64,000 bases of DNA. It comes from Eledone cirrhosa. Taxonomy: Eukaryota. The stretch spans positions 114,266,001 through 114,330,000 of the forward strand of contig OZ024743.1 of assembly GCA_964016885.1 (NCBI GenBank), in the 5' to 3' direction. Numbering within the stretch: the stretch's first letter is position 1; the number at the start of each line of letters is the position of its first letter. Shown here one piece after another: positions 35,001-49,719 of the stretch. The notes under the pieces were generated by a model that made no database searches, was not told the origin of the DNA, and was given only the letters and a program-made list of their open reading frames with translations. A program made the position numbers and the translations under genes.

Positions 35001-37088
35001 CGAACAAGGGGGATAACATAGATAATTTCAGGCCCATAACTGCTAAACACAGAGTTCAAGATTTTGGCCAAGGTGCTAGCAAAGAGGTTGGCGCTTGTCA
35101 TTGGTGGTCTGGTTGGAGAGGCGCAGACATGTGCCATTCCCGACAGATCCATCCACGACAACCTCCACCTCATGCGATACATCGTAGAGAGGGTAGCTAG
35201 GGAACCTGGCACGGGTGGGTCTTTGATCAATTTAGATCAGTCGAAAGCTTTCGATAGGGTCGACCATCGTTACCTAGCGGCAGTCCTGAGGGCGGCTGGC
35301 TTTGGGCCCGTCTTCAGAGGCTGGATCGCTGCCATGCACAGCGACATCTGCTCTGTGGTGAGAGTGAACGGTCACCTTTCGGAACAGTTCAACATCATGC
35401 GCTCGGTCCGCCAAGGATGTCCCCTCTCGTCCCTCTTGTTCGTATTGACTCTCGAGCCATTACTGCACAAACTGGAGATGTCGAGGGGCGTCCCGCGCGA
35501 ACTAGGATGCGGAAGATCCGTGTCAGCATATGCGGACGATGTCACCGTAGTGGTCTCGAACACCAAACACATCGAGGCGATCGGAACCACACCAAGAGAA
35601 TACGAAGCGGTGACAACCAGGAAAAGTAAGTGGGCCTGCAGCTCGGCACCTGGAGAGGCAGGTCCATGCCGTCCAACAGCTAGGGGTCTGGTTCGGTCCG
35701 GACCTCCAGACGGACAAAAACTGGGACGAGGTGACGAGCAGGGTGGCTTCTCTCACCCAGAAATGGGCGGAGAGGAAGCTATCCCTGAAAGGTCGAGCGG
35801 AGGTGGCTAACGCGTACATCGCGTCTGTCATCTGCTACCGCCTGACCGTCGTACCTTGTCCTAAGCCTCGCCTGACTGCGCTGGAGCGTTTGCTCTTTCG
35901 CTTTTTGTGGAAGGGACGCGCTCCGATGGTCAGGCGGTCCATCTGCTGTCAACACCCGCTACGTGGAGGGCTGGGCATGCCGTGGCTGATGATGCGCAGA
36001 CACACGCTCAGGCTACGACATCTCCACCTCTTCCTCGACGGTGATCAGGTGTGGTCGCCGTTTGCTAGACACGTATTTCCCCAGCTCATTTCCTTGACGG
36101 AGCTGCAGTCCTGGGTCAAGCGAAGACCGAGAGGGAGCGCCTGAAGACATTCCAGTCTTCAGGCGCTCACAGCCCTCGACCAATCGGGCAATGTGATCCG
36201 GCGTTCTATAGCGGATTAGTGGAGGGGAAGAGCGACGATGTACTTGGGGAAACTCTAGGCGTCGACGAAAATCAACTAGCCAATCTCTTCGGAAGAACTT
36301 TCGGGCCAGAGCCTATGGACAACTTCCAGAAATCTCTGGCCTGGCAGTCCTACCGAGGAGCCTTGCCAGTTCGGGATAAACTCTACAGGCATGGAGGTGC
36401 CGTCAGCCGGGCATGTCCGAGATGCGCCCAGGGCGACGAAACCGTCCTGCACGCACTCGTCCAGTGTCCGAAAATTGCTGATTTGTGGGTTTATGTCGAA
36501 CACCTGCTGTCGCGTGTAGGACGGATCCGGCTATCATCTGAGTCCATCGTGAGGATTGCCCCGCCCTCCTCCTTTAGCCGGGAAGGGCAGGCAGTTTTTA
36601 TCTGTCTGGTGGCCATGGCGAAAGAGATAGTATGGTGGACACGTTTGAAAGGGCTGAAGACGAGCACTACGAGCACTTACCTCTTCGGTGATGCCCTGAT
36701 TGACTTTTTCAAATTTCATTTGAAAAGGAAAAACAGAGTAGAGAGGGAAGTGCTCTCTTCCCAGCATTTTGTTGAAAGATGGGTGAGAGAAGCAAGAATG
36801 GCCCGAGTGAATGGGCCTACTCTGAGTATATATATGTAAATTAAAGGTGGAAAACTGGGAAAGGGCACTTGCCTTGGTGGTTAGGGCCACTGTGGCCTTT
36901 TACTGGGCTTTCTCCACAAATGTCCCTCCGAAGTCTCCCCCCTATTGGGGAATTTTTCATTATTATTTTTTTGTTACATCCTCTGTTTTTTTTTTTTTAC
37001 ATCAGAAATGCCCATTAGTACCGTCCTGTATTGTCCTGCACTGTCCTTAATGTCTACTTTATGTAAACCCTTGTGGTTAATAAAGAAA

Positions 37089-37138
<50 letters not shown>
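32079..37138 (+). mobile_element. Near full-length, decayed Tx1/L1-clade LINE (ORF1 remnant, partial APE endonuclease, RT, zf-RVT) with (TTA)n tail
   Basis: LVGDWNGILD, SYLDR, YTDHK, GPGYWKLN, KSPGLDGLPYE, NFRPIT, DQSKAFDRVDH, SVRQGCPLS, AYADDV, GGLGMP and CPRC..ETVLHALVQC across several frameshifts. Ends aataaagaaatc(att)n. Confidence 0.9.
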
Positions 37139-37140
<2 letters not shown>

Positions 37141-39143
37141 ACCCCACACATAAATGAAATTCCTGTACATTTGATTCTTTTTGGATTGTAATTAACCACA
37201 TACTCTGAACCATGGCACTCCCTATTTTTCGCGCAAAATACAGCAAATTCTATTCTTAATTTCGTGATCATGAATGTTTGGCGAAAAAACAACAAAATTC
37301 TATACCTAATCACGTGATCATCTACAACCAACCAAATTGTATTTTAAACAAATAGTAATCTGAGCCACTTTTTGCACGTATAGAAATTTCTCAACACGTT
37401 AGATGGGAGACACATGAAGACATAATGACACATCTCTTCATCTCACTTAACCTATGAAAATCATGAAATTGTGAAACCGGTAAAGTTATAGTAAATAAAT
37501 CCTCTTAAGGACTCCAATTGCATTTTCTTCTTCCCATATTTTATCCCGTTCGTAATATACAAAAAAACCCCTTATATTCACAGTAATGAACACACACACA
37601 CACACGCGCGCATGTGTGTATATACTTGATATATTAATAAACGCGACAAAGACTTCTCAATATTGAAGTAGGGATAAATATTCTTTATTATGGTTAAGTG
37701 TTCAAACGTGTTGCTCTGGAGTTTTACCTCTGCATTCACAGGCTCATCAGACAAGAGTAAATTTTCAATAACAGATACAGTAAAAATAGAGGAAAGCTGG
37801 TTGGTTGATAGGGCGGATGGGTGTTTTTTTTAATGTGCATCGTGGAGATGTATGTAGAGAGGACATGAGGAAACAAGGAAAAGAATGATGGCATGAAAAG
37901 AAAAAAAAACCTATCACCATCATCATCTTGTGTATGTATGGTTCCGTAACTCCCGATAGAGTCGTAGGGGTGCCGTATTGACATACGGCCTTTCTTGGGC
38001 ATTTTAAACCTGGCGAAACCCATCCCTCTCCAGACCTGAGTACAGCTGATTTCGTCCAGAGAAAGATAGAAAGTGAGAGAGAGGAAATGAGAAAGAGATA
38101 GAGAGGAAATGAGAAAGAGATATAGAGGAAAAAAAATCGACCCTAGTACTAGACTGGTACTTTTTTTATCGATCTCGAAAGGATGAAAAGCAAAGTTGAC
38201 CTCGACGGGATTTGAACTCAGAGAGCAGAGAGCCAGAACGAATACCAGGATACCATAAAACATTCTATCCGACGTTCTATCGACTCTGCCAATTCGCCGC
38301 CTCATCATCTTATAAACACCTGCAACTTACTGATCAAATTTACTTCTCATCCCTTACCCCCTCCACCATTTTATTTCCTTTTACTCTTCTTTTTCTATTT
38401 TTGTCATTTATCTTTTTTTCTTTTTCTTTCCTTTCCCCCCCCCCTTTCTGTTTTCTTTTTTTCTTTTCTTTTTTCTTCTCTTTCTATTCGTTTATCTTCT
38501 ACTTTTTCTTCTTTTCTCTTGTTTTCCACCCTACATTTACTTCCCCCTTTTCTCGCCACCCCTCATTTTTCTCCGTATTCTCCCTCCCCCACATCCTGTA
38601 CCACTTCCCCTCTACCATTTCTTTCATTTTATTTTCGTCTTCATTTTATACCATCCTTCTTTATTTCCTTTCTCATATCCTCTCTGTATACACCTCCACT
38701 AATATACCACTTCCCAACATATCCATTCTAAAACACCCATCCACGCTAACTCCTCACGAGTCTTCCCCAATTTATACAGTCTCTGCTATTGAAAATTTAG
38801 TCTTAGAACCCCAGAGTAACTCCACCCATCATTATTTTTCCGTTCTTTTCAATTCTCACTCTCTGTCGTTTTATTTCCTCTTATATTTCTTATTCTATCT
38901 TCTGGTGAAGGACTAGTGTCCGAAACACAAAATCTCTTTTCCTACTATACCAAGAGTTAAACTAATATATTTCTTTGTTGCACTCTATTGTTTGCTTTGC
39001 TGTTTCCTTTTACTTTTTGCACACACACACGTTCATACATATATAACTGTATATGTACATATATATGTATATATATGTGCGTGTGTTCGTGTTTGCACAC
39101 ACACACACATCTATATCTATACATATATATCTATACATATATA

Positions 39144-42100
39144 TCTATATTAGAAAGATCGAGTATCGAAAAATCGGCGCACGAGTTCACGATAAACAAA
39201 ATTCGAAATGAGCGGCAGAGGGCTCAATAATTCAGATGAATCAGAGCTATAACTATCGTTAAAATACCGTCACATATAGAACAAGTCTACAATCAACCAT
39301 ACGATAAAAAATCGATAATAGAAGATTCGGGACAAACAGATAAAAAATATCAATAAAACAATACATCAATAATTTAAATGAATGTAAAATCATACCCGGA
39401 CCCACTAGAAAGGTGTTAAATCTAGCTTCATGGGTTTCTGTAAATCCTTAGACTGTACTCTATCAGCTCACATATAAATATAAAAGCCTACTAGAGTAAG
39501 CGGAACGGAGTTTACTTTCTCAACGAGCTTTTTTCCTAGCGGAAAAGGGGCTAACTACCAGTGAAAAACGCACATGGCATTAGACAAGGGAGATAACCTC
39601 TATATCCGCGAAAACAATTCGAGGGAATGTGGAAATACACATATCGAATAAGAGTGCTCAATAGACATGTTAAAATAAAACAAAAGCTATTCATCACTCA
39701 ATAGAATCGACAAAAAATGAGCAATAAAATTAACTGGTGGATAGCTATGTCCAGAGCTAAAAATATTAGAAAGATCGAGTATCGAAAAATCGGCGCACGA
39801 GTTCACGATAAACAAAATTCGAAATGAGCGGCAGAGGGCTCAATAATTCAGATGAATCAGAGCTATAACTATCGTTAAAATACCGTCACATATAGAACAA
39901 GTCTACAATCAACCATACGATAAAAAAATCGATAATAGAAGATTCGGGACAAACAGATAAAAAATATCAATAAAACAATACATCAATAATTTAAATGAAT
40001 GTAAAATCATACCCGGACCCACTAGAAAGGTGTTAAATCTAGCTTCATGGGTTTCTGTAAATCCTTAGACTGTACTCTATCAGCTCACATATAAATATAA
40101 AAGCCTACTAGAGTAAGCGGAACGGAGTTTACTTTCTCAACGAGCTTTTTTCCTAGCGGAAAAGGGGCTAACTACCAGTGAAAAACGCACATGGCATTAG
40201 ACAAGGGAGATAACCTCTATATCCGCGAAAACAATTCGAGGGAATGTGGAAATACACATATCGAATAAGAGTGCTCAATAGACATGTTAAAATAAAACAA
40301 AAGCTATTCATCACTCAATAGAATCGACAAAAAATGAGCAATAAAATTAACTGGTGGATAGCTATGTCCAGAGCTAAAAATATTAGAAAGATCGAGTATC
40401 GAAAAATCGGCGCACGAGTTCACGATAAACAAAATTCGAAATGAGCGGCAGAGGGCTCAATAATTCAGATGAATCAGAGCTATAACTATCGTTAAAATAC
40501 CGTCACATATAGAACAAGTCTACAATCAACCATACGATAAAAAATCGATAATAGAAGATTCGGGACAAACAGATAAAAAATATCAATAAAACAATACATC
40601 AATAATTTAAATGAATGTAAAATCATACCCGGACCCACTAGAAAGGTGTTAAATCTAGCTTCATGGGTTTCTGTAAATCCTTAGACTGTACTCTATCAGC
40701 TCACATATAAATATAAAAGCCTACTAGAGTAAGCGGAACGGAGTTTACTTTCTCAACGAGCTTTTTTCCTAGCGGAAAAGGGGCTAACTACCAGTGAAAA
40801 ACGCACATGGCATTAGACAAGGGAGATAACCTCTATATCCGCGAAAACAATTCGAGGGAATGTGGAAATACACATATCGAATAAGAGTGCTCAATAGACA
40901 TATTAAAATAAAACAAAAGCTATTCATCACTCAATAGAATCGACAAAAAATGAGAAATAAAATTAACTGGTGGATAGCTATGTCCAGAACTAAAAATATT
41001 AGAAAGATCGAGTATCGAAAAATCGGCGCACGAGTTCACGATAAACAAAATTCGAAATGAGCGGCAGAGGGCTCAATAATTCAGATGAATCAGAGCTATA
41101 ACTATCGTTAAAATACCGTCACATATAGAACAAGTCTACAATCAACCATACGATAAAAAATCGATAATAGAAGATTCGGGACAAACAGATAAAAAATATC
41201 AATAAAACAATACATCAATAATTTAAATGAATGTAAAATCATACCCGGACCCACTAGAAAGGTGTTAAATCTAGCTTCATGGGTTTCTGTAAATCCTTAG
41301 ACTGTACTCTATCAGCTCACATATAAATATAAAAGCCTACTAGAGTAAGCGGAACGGAGTTTACTTTCTCAACGAGCTTTTTTCCTAGCGGAAAAGGGGC
41401 TAACTACCAGTGAAAAACGCACATGGCATTAGACAAGGGAGATAACCTCTATATCCGCGAAAACAATTCGAGGGAATGTGGAAATACACATATCGAATAA
41501 GAGTGCTCAATAGACATGTTAAAATAAAACAAAAGCTATTCATCACTCAATAGAATCGACAAAAAATGAGCAATAAAATTAACTGGTGGATAGCTATGTC
41601 CAGATAGAACTGAAGTTGCCTGTGTGTGTGTGTCCTAATTTTGGCAAAGTCTATACAAATCCACATTTCTACTCCGATTGACTTCAAACTTGCATTAATA
41701 TATTCCTTGCAGTCTAAAGATATTAACTGCAGCTTTTATTTTCCAATTTTCTGTTGTTAAAAGCGTTTTTTTTACTAAAACTTTAAGCCCTTTTTTCAGT
41801 TTGTTCAGCAATTTTGTCTACAATGTTCATGAGAGAGAACTCTTTAGTATTTTGAAAGAGTTACCTTTCTTTATAAACTATAATATCCCTACTTAAACGT
41901 ACATCCCTTGAAATTGTTGATGGTGACCCCAATAGTAATTTCGAAGCGTTCGGCATCCGATATAACAGTTTGGTCTATATCAGATTGGGTAGATTTTTGT
42001 AACCTTAAAAGTATCAAACTAAATTCCTTCATGCTCCCCACCACTGCAGTCCCACATGCTTACTGCTCTGTAACTATTGCTTTCATTGTACTATAGCACA

Positions 42101-42359
42101 ACAAATAAATGTTCGGTTTGTCGAATGCCTTTTTACTTAACCCTATCGTCTTGGCTTTCGTGGGTTGAACATTTTACTCTCAGGCACCCAATTAAGTTAA
42201 ACCCCTGGTAATCTACGACGAATTTTTTTTATAAGCAAAAATTGTAGACACCATCCCCAGGCCGAGGTATTCCGTACTTCTCTGTACTATTTCAGAAATG
42301 AGGGATAAACAAGGCAATCTATGTTTAGAAACCCGAGCAACGCCGGGCCATTCTGCTAG
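39144..42359 (+). mobile_element. Non-autonomous Helitron containing a tandem array
   Basis: 3' end CCCGAGCAACGCCGGG hairpin followed by CTAG|T (42332-42360). The 5' A|TCTATAT at 39144 resumes after the array as ATAGAACTGAAGTTGCCTGTGTGTG, a typical Helitron 5' region. The 5' boundary is approximate. Confidence 0.7.
39148..41604. repeat. Tandem array, 4 x 616-617 bp, near-identical units
   Basis: tattagaaagatcgagtatcg starts at 39148, 39764, 40381 and 40997; only a few differences visible between units. Confidence 0.97.
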
Positions 42360-42421
42360 TATATATACTGTAAATATATATTTATATATATAAATATATA
42401 TATATATATAATGATATTAAA

Positions 42422-42986
<565 letters not shown>

Positions 42987-43457
42987 GTATATATACGTAC
43001 ATACACAGACACGTCTATACATACACACACACATACACACACGCACACACACATATATATATACACACACATACACACACATATATATATATATAATCAG
43101 AATCTGGTAACACACTAATATATTTAGCTAATAATCGGTGTGTAGTGTCTCATAAATAAAGAAAGGTTGAGAGGTTTTTATATTTGATTTTGACCTCTAC
43201 GTACTCTGAAGTCTACTCATTGATCAAATACTACGTCGACTATAGTTTGTGTCTACTGACATATAGACACGTCTCACAGTACGCAATCACAAGGATTTAT
43301 TACACTTTGGCGGTTGATGAGAGTTAGAGTTGCTGTTCGTTGTTCCTTGTCTTATATATTTGTTTTCCTTTTCTCTTGTGCAAGGAAATTTAGTTCTATA
43401 TGCATTTTACTAATTTTATAATAATGCTAAACAGCCCCTGTTGTTTATCATTATATC

Positions 43458-43505
<48 letters not shown>

Positions 43506-43561
43506 CGTACACACACACATACAAATATGCGTAGAGACACACATATATATATATATATATA

Positions 43562-43721
<160 letters not shown>

Positions 43722-43800
43722 CGCCACAGACACACGTCTGGGTGTGTGTGCGTATCTATATGTATTTATGTACGTATATACCCACATATACATACATATG

Positions 43801-43840
<40 letters not shown>

Positions 43841-43942
43841 GTGTACGTATATATATATATATATATATATATATACTCATACAGATGCATGTATATAACA
43901 ATGCATATGTACACAGGCTGTCATACAACACACAGTAAGGAA

Positions 43943-43980
<38 letters not shown>

Positions 43981-43990
43981 ATGTATATGT

Positions 43991-44035
<45 letters not shown>

Positions 44036-44044
44036 ATATAAGAT

Positions 44045-45319
44045 CAAAAGATGGTTAAAGGAGTTCCATATATTTCATTATGCGCATTTCAAAAACAAAC
44101 ATCATCATGCAATAATATTTGTGTTTTCATCAGATAAAACAGGAGAACACGATATGAAGGCCAAAAAACACCCGTGGATAGTGCAGTCCTAAATCAACAT
44201 ATGAAAAGTGGTTTTAGATTGATGTGTGATATTGGGAAAAATATTTTATTTAGAGAGGGGGGTGGGGTGGAAAGGATGAAAAGGGAAGGAGATGAGAGGG
44301 AGAGATGGGTGATAGAGAGAAAGAGATAGTTTTTATAACTGAGAGGAGATATATTTTTTACATAGAGACGTTGAAAACCGTTGGAAGATACTGTATAAAT
44401 TAAAAATTTTGAAAATTAACGAAGGGAGGATATGTGCGAGGAAAAAATATTTTATTTAGGGAGGGGGGGGGTGGAAAGGATGAAAAAAAGGGGGAGGAGA
44501 TGAGAGTGAAGGTGGAGAGGGAGAGATGGGTGATAGAGAGAAAGAGATAGTTTTTATAACTGAGAAAAAGATATATTGTTTTAACATAGAGAGGTTGGGA
44601 ACCGTTGGAAGATAATGTATAAATTAAAGGAATTTGAAAATTAACGAAGGGAAATTATGTATGAAGATAGAGAGAAAAAAATAATAATTGTGGATGAATA
44701 TTCTAACGTCAAAAAAGAAATGTATGTATTGTGGCAATTTCAAAATTAACGAAGAGAAAAATTATTAAGGTTTGTGTGTAGAAGGATTTGAGAAAAATAA
44801 TGTGAAGTTAAAGTTTGTATATTGATTGAATTGATAATATATGCGAATAAAGAGTTAATATGTATTAATAATGAGTTCGTTGATGGGGAGAAAAAAATAA
44901 TAATAAATTAAGGATGAAATTGAGATTAAAAAGATTTATGATAGAGAGAAAAAATAATAATGATTGCGGATGAATATTCTAACGTCAAAACAAATGTTAT
45001 GATTTTACAAGGAGAAGATAGAATGAGGGTAATGAGTAAACAAGTATTATAGAGTGTATAATGCCCTTTAAAGTAAGGTAGATGGGTATATTTTAAAGAG
45101 GTGTATGTATATGTGCCTTTGAGAAAAGATTCTAAATTGATAAATAATTGAATATTAACTGTATACTTTGTGAAAAGTTCTATGGAATTTATGCAGGCAG
45201 ATAGAAAACAAATCTGTGCGTCTATTTATTATAGAATCTAGGTTAGAGATAATGGTAAATTTTTCATTTAGGCAGAGATTACAGATTTTAGATATTGTAC
45301 TACAATAAAACTCACCTCC

Positions 45320-45322
<3 letters not shown>
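44045..45322 (-). mobile_element. PLE family B 3' fragment (GIY-YIG C-terminus, 3' UTR, hammerhead)
   Basis: [45 protein letters not shown] is a PLE GIY-YIG C-terminus. Flanked by (TA)n on both sides. Confidence 0.8.
44072..44140 (-). ncRNA. Type I hammerhead ribozyme at the 3' end of PLE family B (second copy)
   Basis: GTTTTAT-CTGATGA-...-GAAA-TGCGCA-TA-ATGAAAT; substitutions relative to the 24508 copy keep pairing through G.U. Confidence 0.8.
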
Positions 45323-45411
<89 letters not shown>

Positions 45412-46052
45412 CTTGTGTGTGTCTGTGCGCGTATGTTTGTGTGATTGTTCGTCTAAGATATATATATATATATATGTATATATGTACATATGTATATATG
45501 TGTATGTGATTGTGTGAGCGCAGACTTATTTTTCTTGAGGTATATTTCATGAACTGACTTGATTGATGCATTTGTGTAGTAAATTTACTTTTATTTTATT
45601 TCCTCCCGCTAGGCGTTACTACTTACGAACCCAATTAATAAACGATGTGCTAGTTGATTTCTGACAAGATATTATTCACATAAGCTCATATAAATGCATC
45701 CAGAAAAAGTAAAAAAATATCACTTGCAGCCCCGCCGCCTTAATCACGTTCAATTTTGAAAAAAATATAACATTAAACTTATCATTGTTATCATCATCAT
45801 AGTTATTATCGTTGTCATAATTTTAATCATCACCATCACCACCACCATCGTCATCATCAACATCACCATCATCGTCATTGTCGTCGTCTTCATGAACATC
45901 ATCATCATCACCATCGTCATCATCATCATCATTAACAACGCCATCATCGTGTTATGTTGTTAGTAAAAGAACCATTACCATATCCACCTCACTGCTTCTC
46001 CTCCCCACTCTGCTTTAAAAAAAGTGTCATTTTAACAACATTATTATGATCG

Positions 46053-46895
46053 TTGGCAGTATCGGTAGAGGGTCGAACGCCATGCTTTGCAGCATAGAGT
46101 TACGGCCCATTATAGTCTGAGTTCAAATCCCGCCGAGGTTAACTTTGCCTTTCATCCTTACAAGGTCGATAAAATAAAGTACTAGTAATACACTGGGATA
46201 ATTGCTGGCCTTGTGCCAAAAGTAGAAACGGTAGATGCTGCTGCTGCCATTGGTGGAGTGTAGCTTCTTTTGGTGGGTCTTGGAGTAACAGGGCTGAGGG
46301 GAGATACTGGAGGGAGAGAGAGAGATACTGGAGTGAGAAAGAGAGAGACAGAGAATGAGAGTGTGATAGAGGTAAGAGAGAGGATCCGAGGTTGACTTTG
46401 CCTTTCATCCTTACGGGGTCGATAAAATAGAGTACCAGTAATATACTGGTTAATTGCTGGCCTTGTGCCTAAAGTAGAAACAATTATTATTATGATCATT
46501 ATTATTATGATCAAGGGCCGTGGATTGGCAGTATCGGTAGAGAGTCGGACGCCATGTTTTCCAGCATAGTTACGTCCCTTTACGATCTGAGTTCAAATCC
46601 CGCCGAGGTTAACTTTGCCTTTCATCCTTACGGGGTCGATAAAATAAAGTACCAGTAATGTACTGGGTATTTGCTGGCCTTGTGCCAAAAGTGGAAACAA
46701 TTATTATTATGATCATTATTTGGCAGTATCCGTAGAGGGTCGGATGCCATGCTTTGACGTATAGAATTACGGCCCTTGCCATTCTGAATTCAAATCCCGC
46801 TGAGATTAACTTTGCCTTTCATCTTTACGGTGTCGATAAAATAAAGTAATGCACTGTGTAATTGCTGGCCTTGTGCCAAAAGTAGAAACAATTAT
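46053..46895 (+). mobile_element. Head-to-tail cluster of four SINE copies
   Basis: Copies at about 46053-46230, 46385-46490 (partial), 46513-46700 and 46720-46895. Confidence 0.85.
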
Positions 46896-47074
46896 TATTA
46901 ATATCATCATCCTTCGTTATCATCACCGTCGTAGTTGTCATCGTCACCGCCGTCATCTTTGACGTTATCATCATCATCATCAACATCATTATCATCATCG
47001 CCATCATGGTTGTGAAGAACAGCAATAACATGAACAGCATAAAAACAAACCAAACAACAACAACAACGACAATG

Positions 47075-47147
<73 letters not shown>

Positions 47148-47649
47148 CGAAATGCAGCAACCCAAAGCAACAAGAATGGTTTTAAAAGAATAATAAACTT
47201 ACAGTAGCTGTTCTCTTCCTTGTGGGAACATCTAGCAGAAGTAGCGTTAATAATAATAATGAAATTATTGTGTACAGTGCTCAGGTGCACTACAACTCAT
47301 CAAAGGGGCATGTATAGTACATAGAAAAATGTACAAATGTCAGGAAAGTGAACAGTATTTGAGTCATGATATACATGTGTGCGTATGTATGGAGGGGGGA
47401 TTTCAGGTATAGTGTTGGCGAATTTCAGGAAGCATGGAGGTTTTAAAGGATGCAGTGTCTTTATTAATAACTAGTATGCCATCAACAACAATGACGTTAG
47501 TGAGAATGGTAATCTTTAAAGCAACTTTTGGGTTGGCATAAATAAAATACTACCACCGCCATTACAACTGTGTTATCCAACATACTCTTTCATTTTTCGA
47601 GACAGTAGGCAAGTTGTAGTGTATCACCCCCCCATCACCACCATAAATA

Positions 47650-49440
47650 ACAAACGAAAAGAGTTGTAGCAACAGTAGTAACAACATCAATAACAAAATC
47701 AGTAACAACTGTAGTAACAACAATACCATCAACATTAATGACATCAATAACAACATCAATATCAACAGCTGTGGCAACAACAGTAGCAACACCAATAACA
47801 ACAACAATAACAACACCAAAAACAACAGTAGTAACATCATCAATAACAACAACAGTAACAACAGGAGTAACAACAGTAACAACAACATCAATAACAAGAG
47901 CAATAACAACACCAATAACAACAGTAGTAACATCATCAATAACAACATCAATATCAACAGGAGTAACAACAGTAACAACAACACCAATAACAACAACAGT
48001 AACAACAACATCAATAACAACAGGAGTAACAACAGTAACAACAACACCAATAATAACAACAGTAACAACACCAATAACAACAGTAGTAACATCATCAATA
48101 ACAACATCAATAACAACAGAAGTAACAACAGTAACAACAACACCAATAATAACAACAGTAACAACACCAACAACAACAGTAGTAACATCATCAATAACAA
48201 CATCAATAACAACAGGAGTAACAACAGCAACAACAACACCAATAATAACAACAGTAACAACAACATCAATAACAACAGTAACAACAACATCAATAACAAC
48301 AGCAATAACAACAGGAGTAACAACAGTAGCAACACCAATAACAACACCAGTAACAACACCAATAACAACAGTAGCAACATCATCAATAACAACATCAATA
48401 TCAACAGGAGTAACAACAGTAACAACAACATCAATAACAACAGCAATAACAACAGGAGTAACAACAGTAGCAACACCAATAACAACACCAGTAACAACAC
48501 CAATAACAACAGTAGCAACATCATCAATAACAACATCAATATCAACAGGAGTAACAACAGTAACAACAACATCAATAACAACAACAGTAACAACACCAAT
48601 AACAACAGTAGCAACATCATCAATAACAACATCAATATCAACAGGAGTAACAACAGTAACAACAACATCAATAACAACAACAGTAACAACACCAATAACA
48701 ACAGTAGCAACATCATCAATAACAACATCAATATCAACAGGAGTAACAACAGTAACAACAACATCAATAACAACATACCATATTTCCCGGTGTCGAAGAC
48801 TCTACTCTTTTCCTAAAATAACTCTTAAAAGACTACCATGCGTCCTGGAGGCCGAAGGTTGTTTATTATTTATTTTCTCAAATTTTTGGTTATCAAAATT
48901 AGGGTACGTCCTCGAGGACGAAGCGTCTTCGGCGCCGGGAAATACAGTAAATAGCAACATCAATAACAACAGTAGTAACGACATCAATAACAACATTAAT
49001 AACAACAGTAGTAACAACATCAATGACAACATAAATGACAACACCAATAAAAAAAAAACAATAACAACAGTAGTAACAACATCAATAACAACATTAGTAA
49101 CAACATCAATAACAACATTAGTAACAACATGAACAACAGCATTCACCAACACTGACAACAAAACAACAGTAGTATCAACACCAGCAACCACAACAGTAGC
49201 AACAGAGGCAACATTATCAACTACGATAACAATAACAACATCAATAACAACAGTAGTGACCACATCAATAACAAGATCACAAACAATGATAACATTGTTG
49301 ATGCCAACATGAACACCAACATAAGCAGCAACATCGTCAACAACAATAACATCAACGATAACATCAGCAACAATGACAGCGACAACTCCAATATCAACAA
49401 CAACAACGACGACAACAACAAAGACATCAACAACAAAGGA
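47650..49440. repeat. Complex trinucleotide (AAC/ATC/AGT) cryptic satellite
   Basis: Higher-order repeats of acaacagtaacaacaacatcaata; produces poly-Thr and poly-Leu ORFs. Confidence 0.9.
48778..48947. mobile_element. 170-bp Tc1/mariner-pogo-type MITE with TA TSD inserted in an AAC-rich repeat
   Basis: TA|CCATATTTCCCGGTGTCGAAGAC...GTCTTCGGCGCCGGGAAATACAG|TA, imperfect 23-bp TIRs. Confidence 0.8.
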
Positions 49441-49719
49441 ACATAGAACAGAAATAAAAAATACTTAATTTTCCTTACTTTTCCTTTTTTTTTCGAGGAA
49501 TTAATTTATAGATTTTAAATTTCTGCGAAGAGGGCGAAAAAAAAAATGAAATAAAAAGATGAAATAAAAAAACAAAAGAAAACAAAAGAAAAAGAAAACG
49601 AGACAGACTAAATAAAAAAATACTCTGAATGAAAACTAATTCTAAATTGGTAATTCTGGTTTAAATTTTGATGAACTGTACTAAAGGTAGAGATGAGTTG
49701 GACAGCAGAAAACAGAGTG

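Noticed and set aside
39420-39475. Hammerhead-like CTGATAGA...GAAAC on the minus strand of the 616-bp unit
   Set aside because: The core has extra bases and neither stem I nor a cleavage triplet can be formed.
41880-42100. Possible Helitron helicase remnant (GVTINNFKGCTF on minus)
   Set aside because: Similarity to MTINKSQGQT is too weak and the orientation is opposite to the element ends.
47562-49263. 464-aa Thr-rich mucin-like ORF and antisense poly-Leu ORF
   Set aside because: Stop-free trinucleotide satellite open on both strands, no signal peptide or splice context, and it reads through an inserted MITE.
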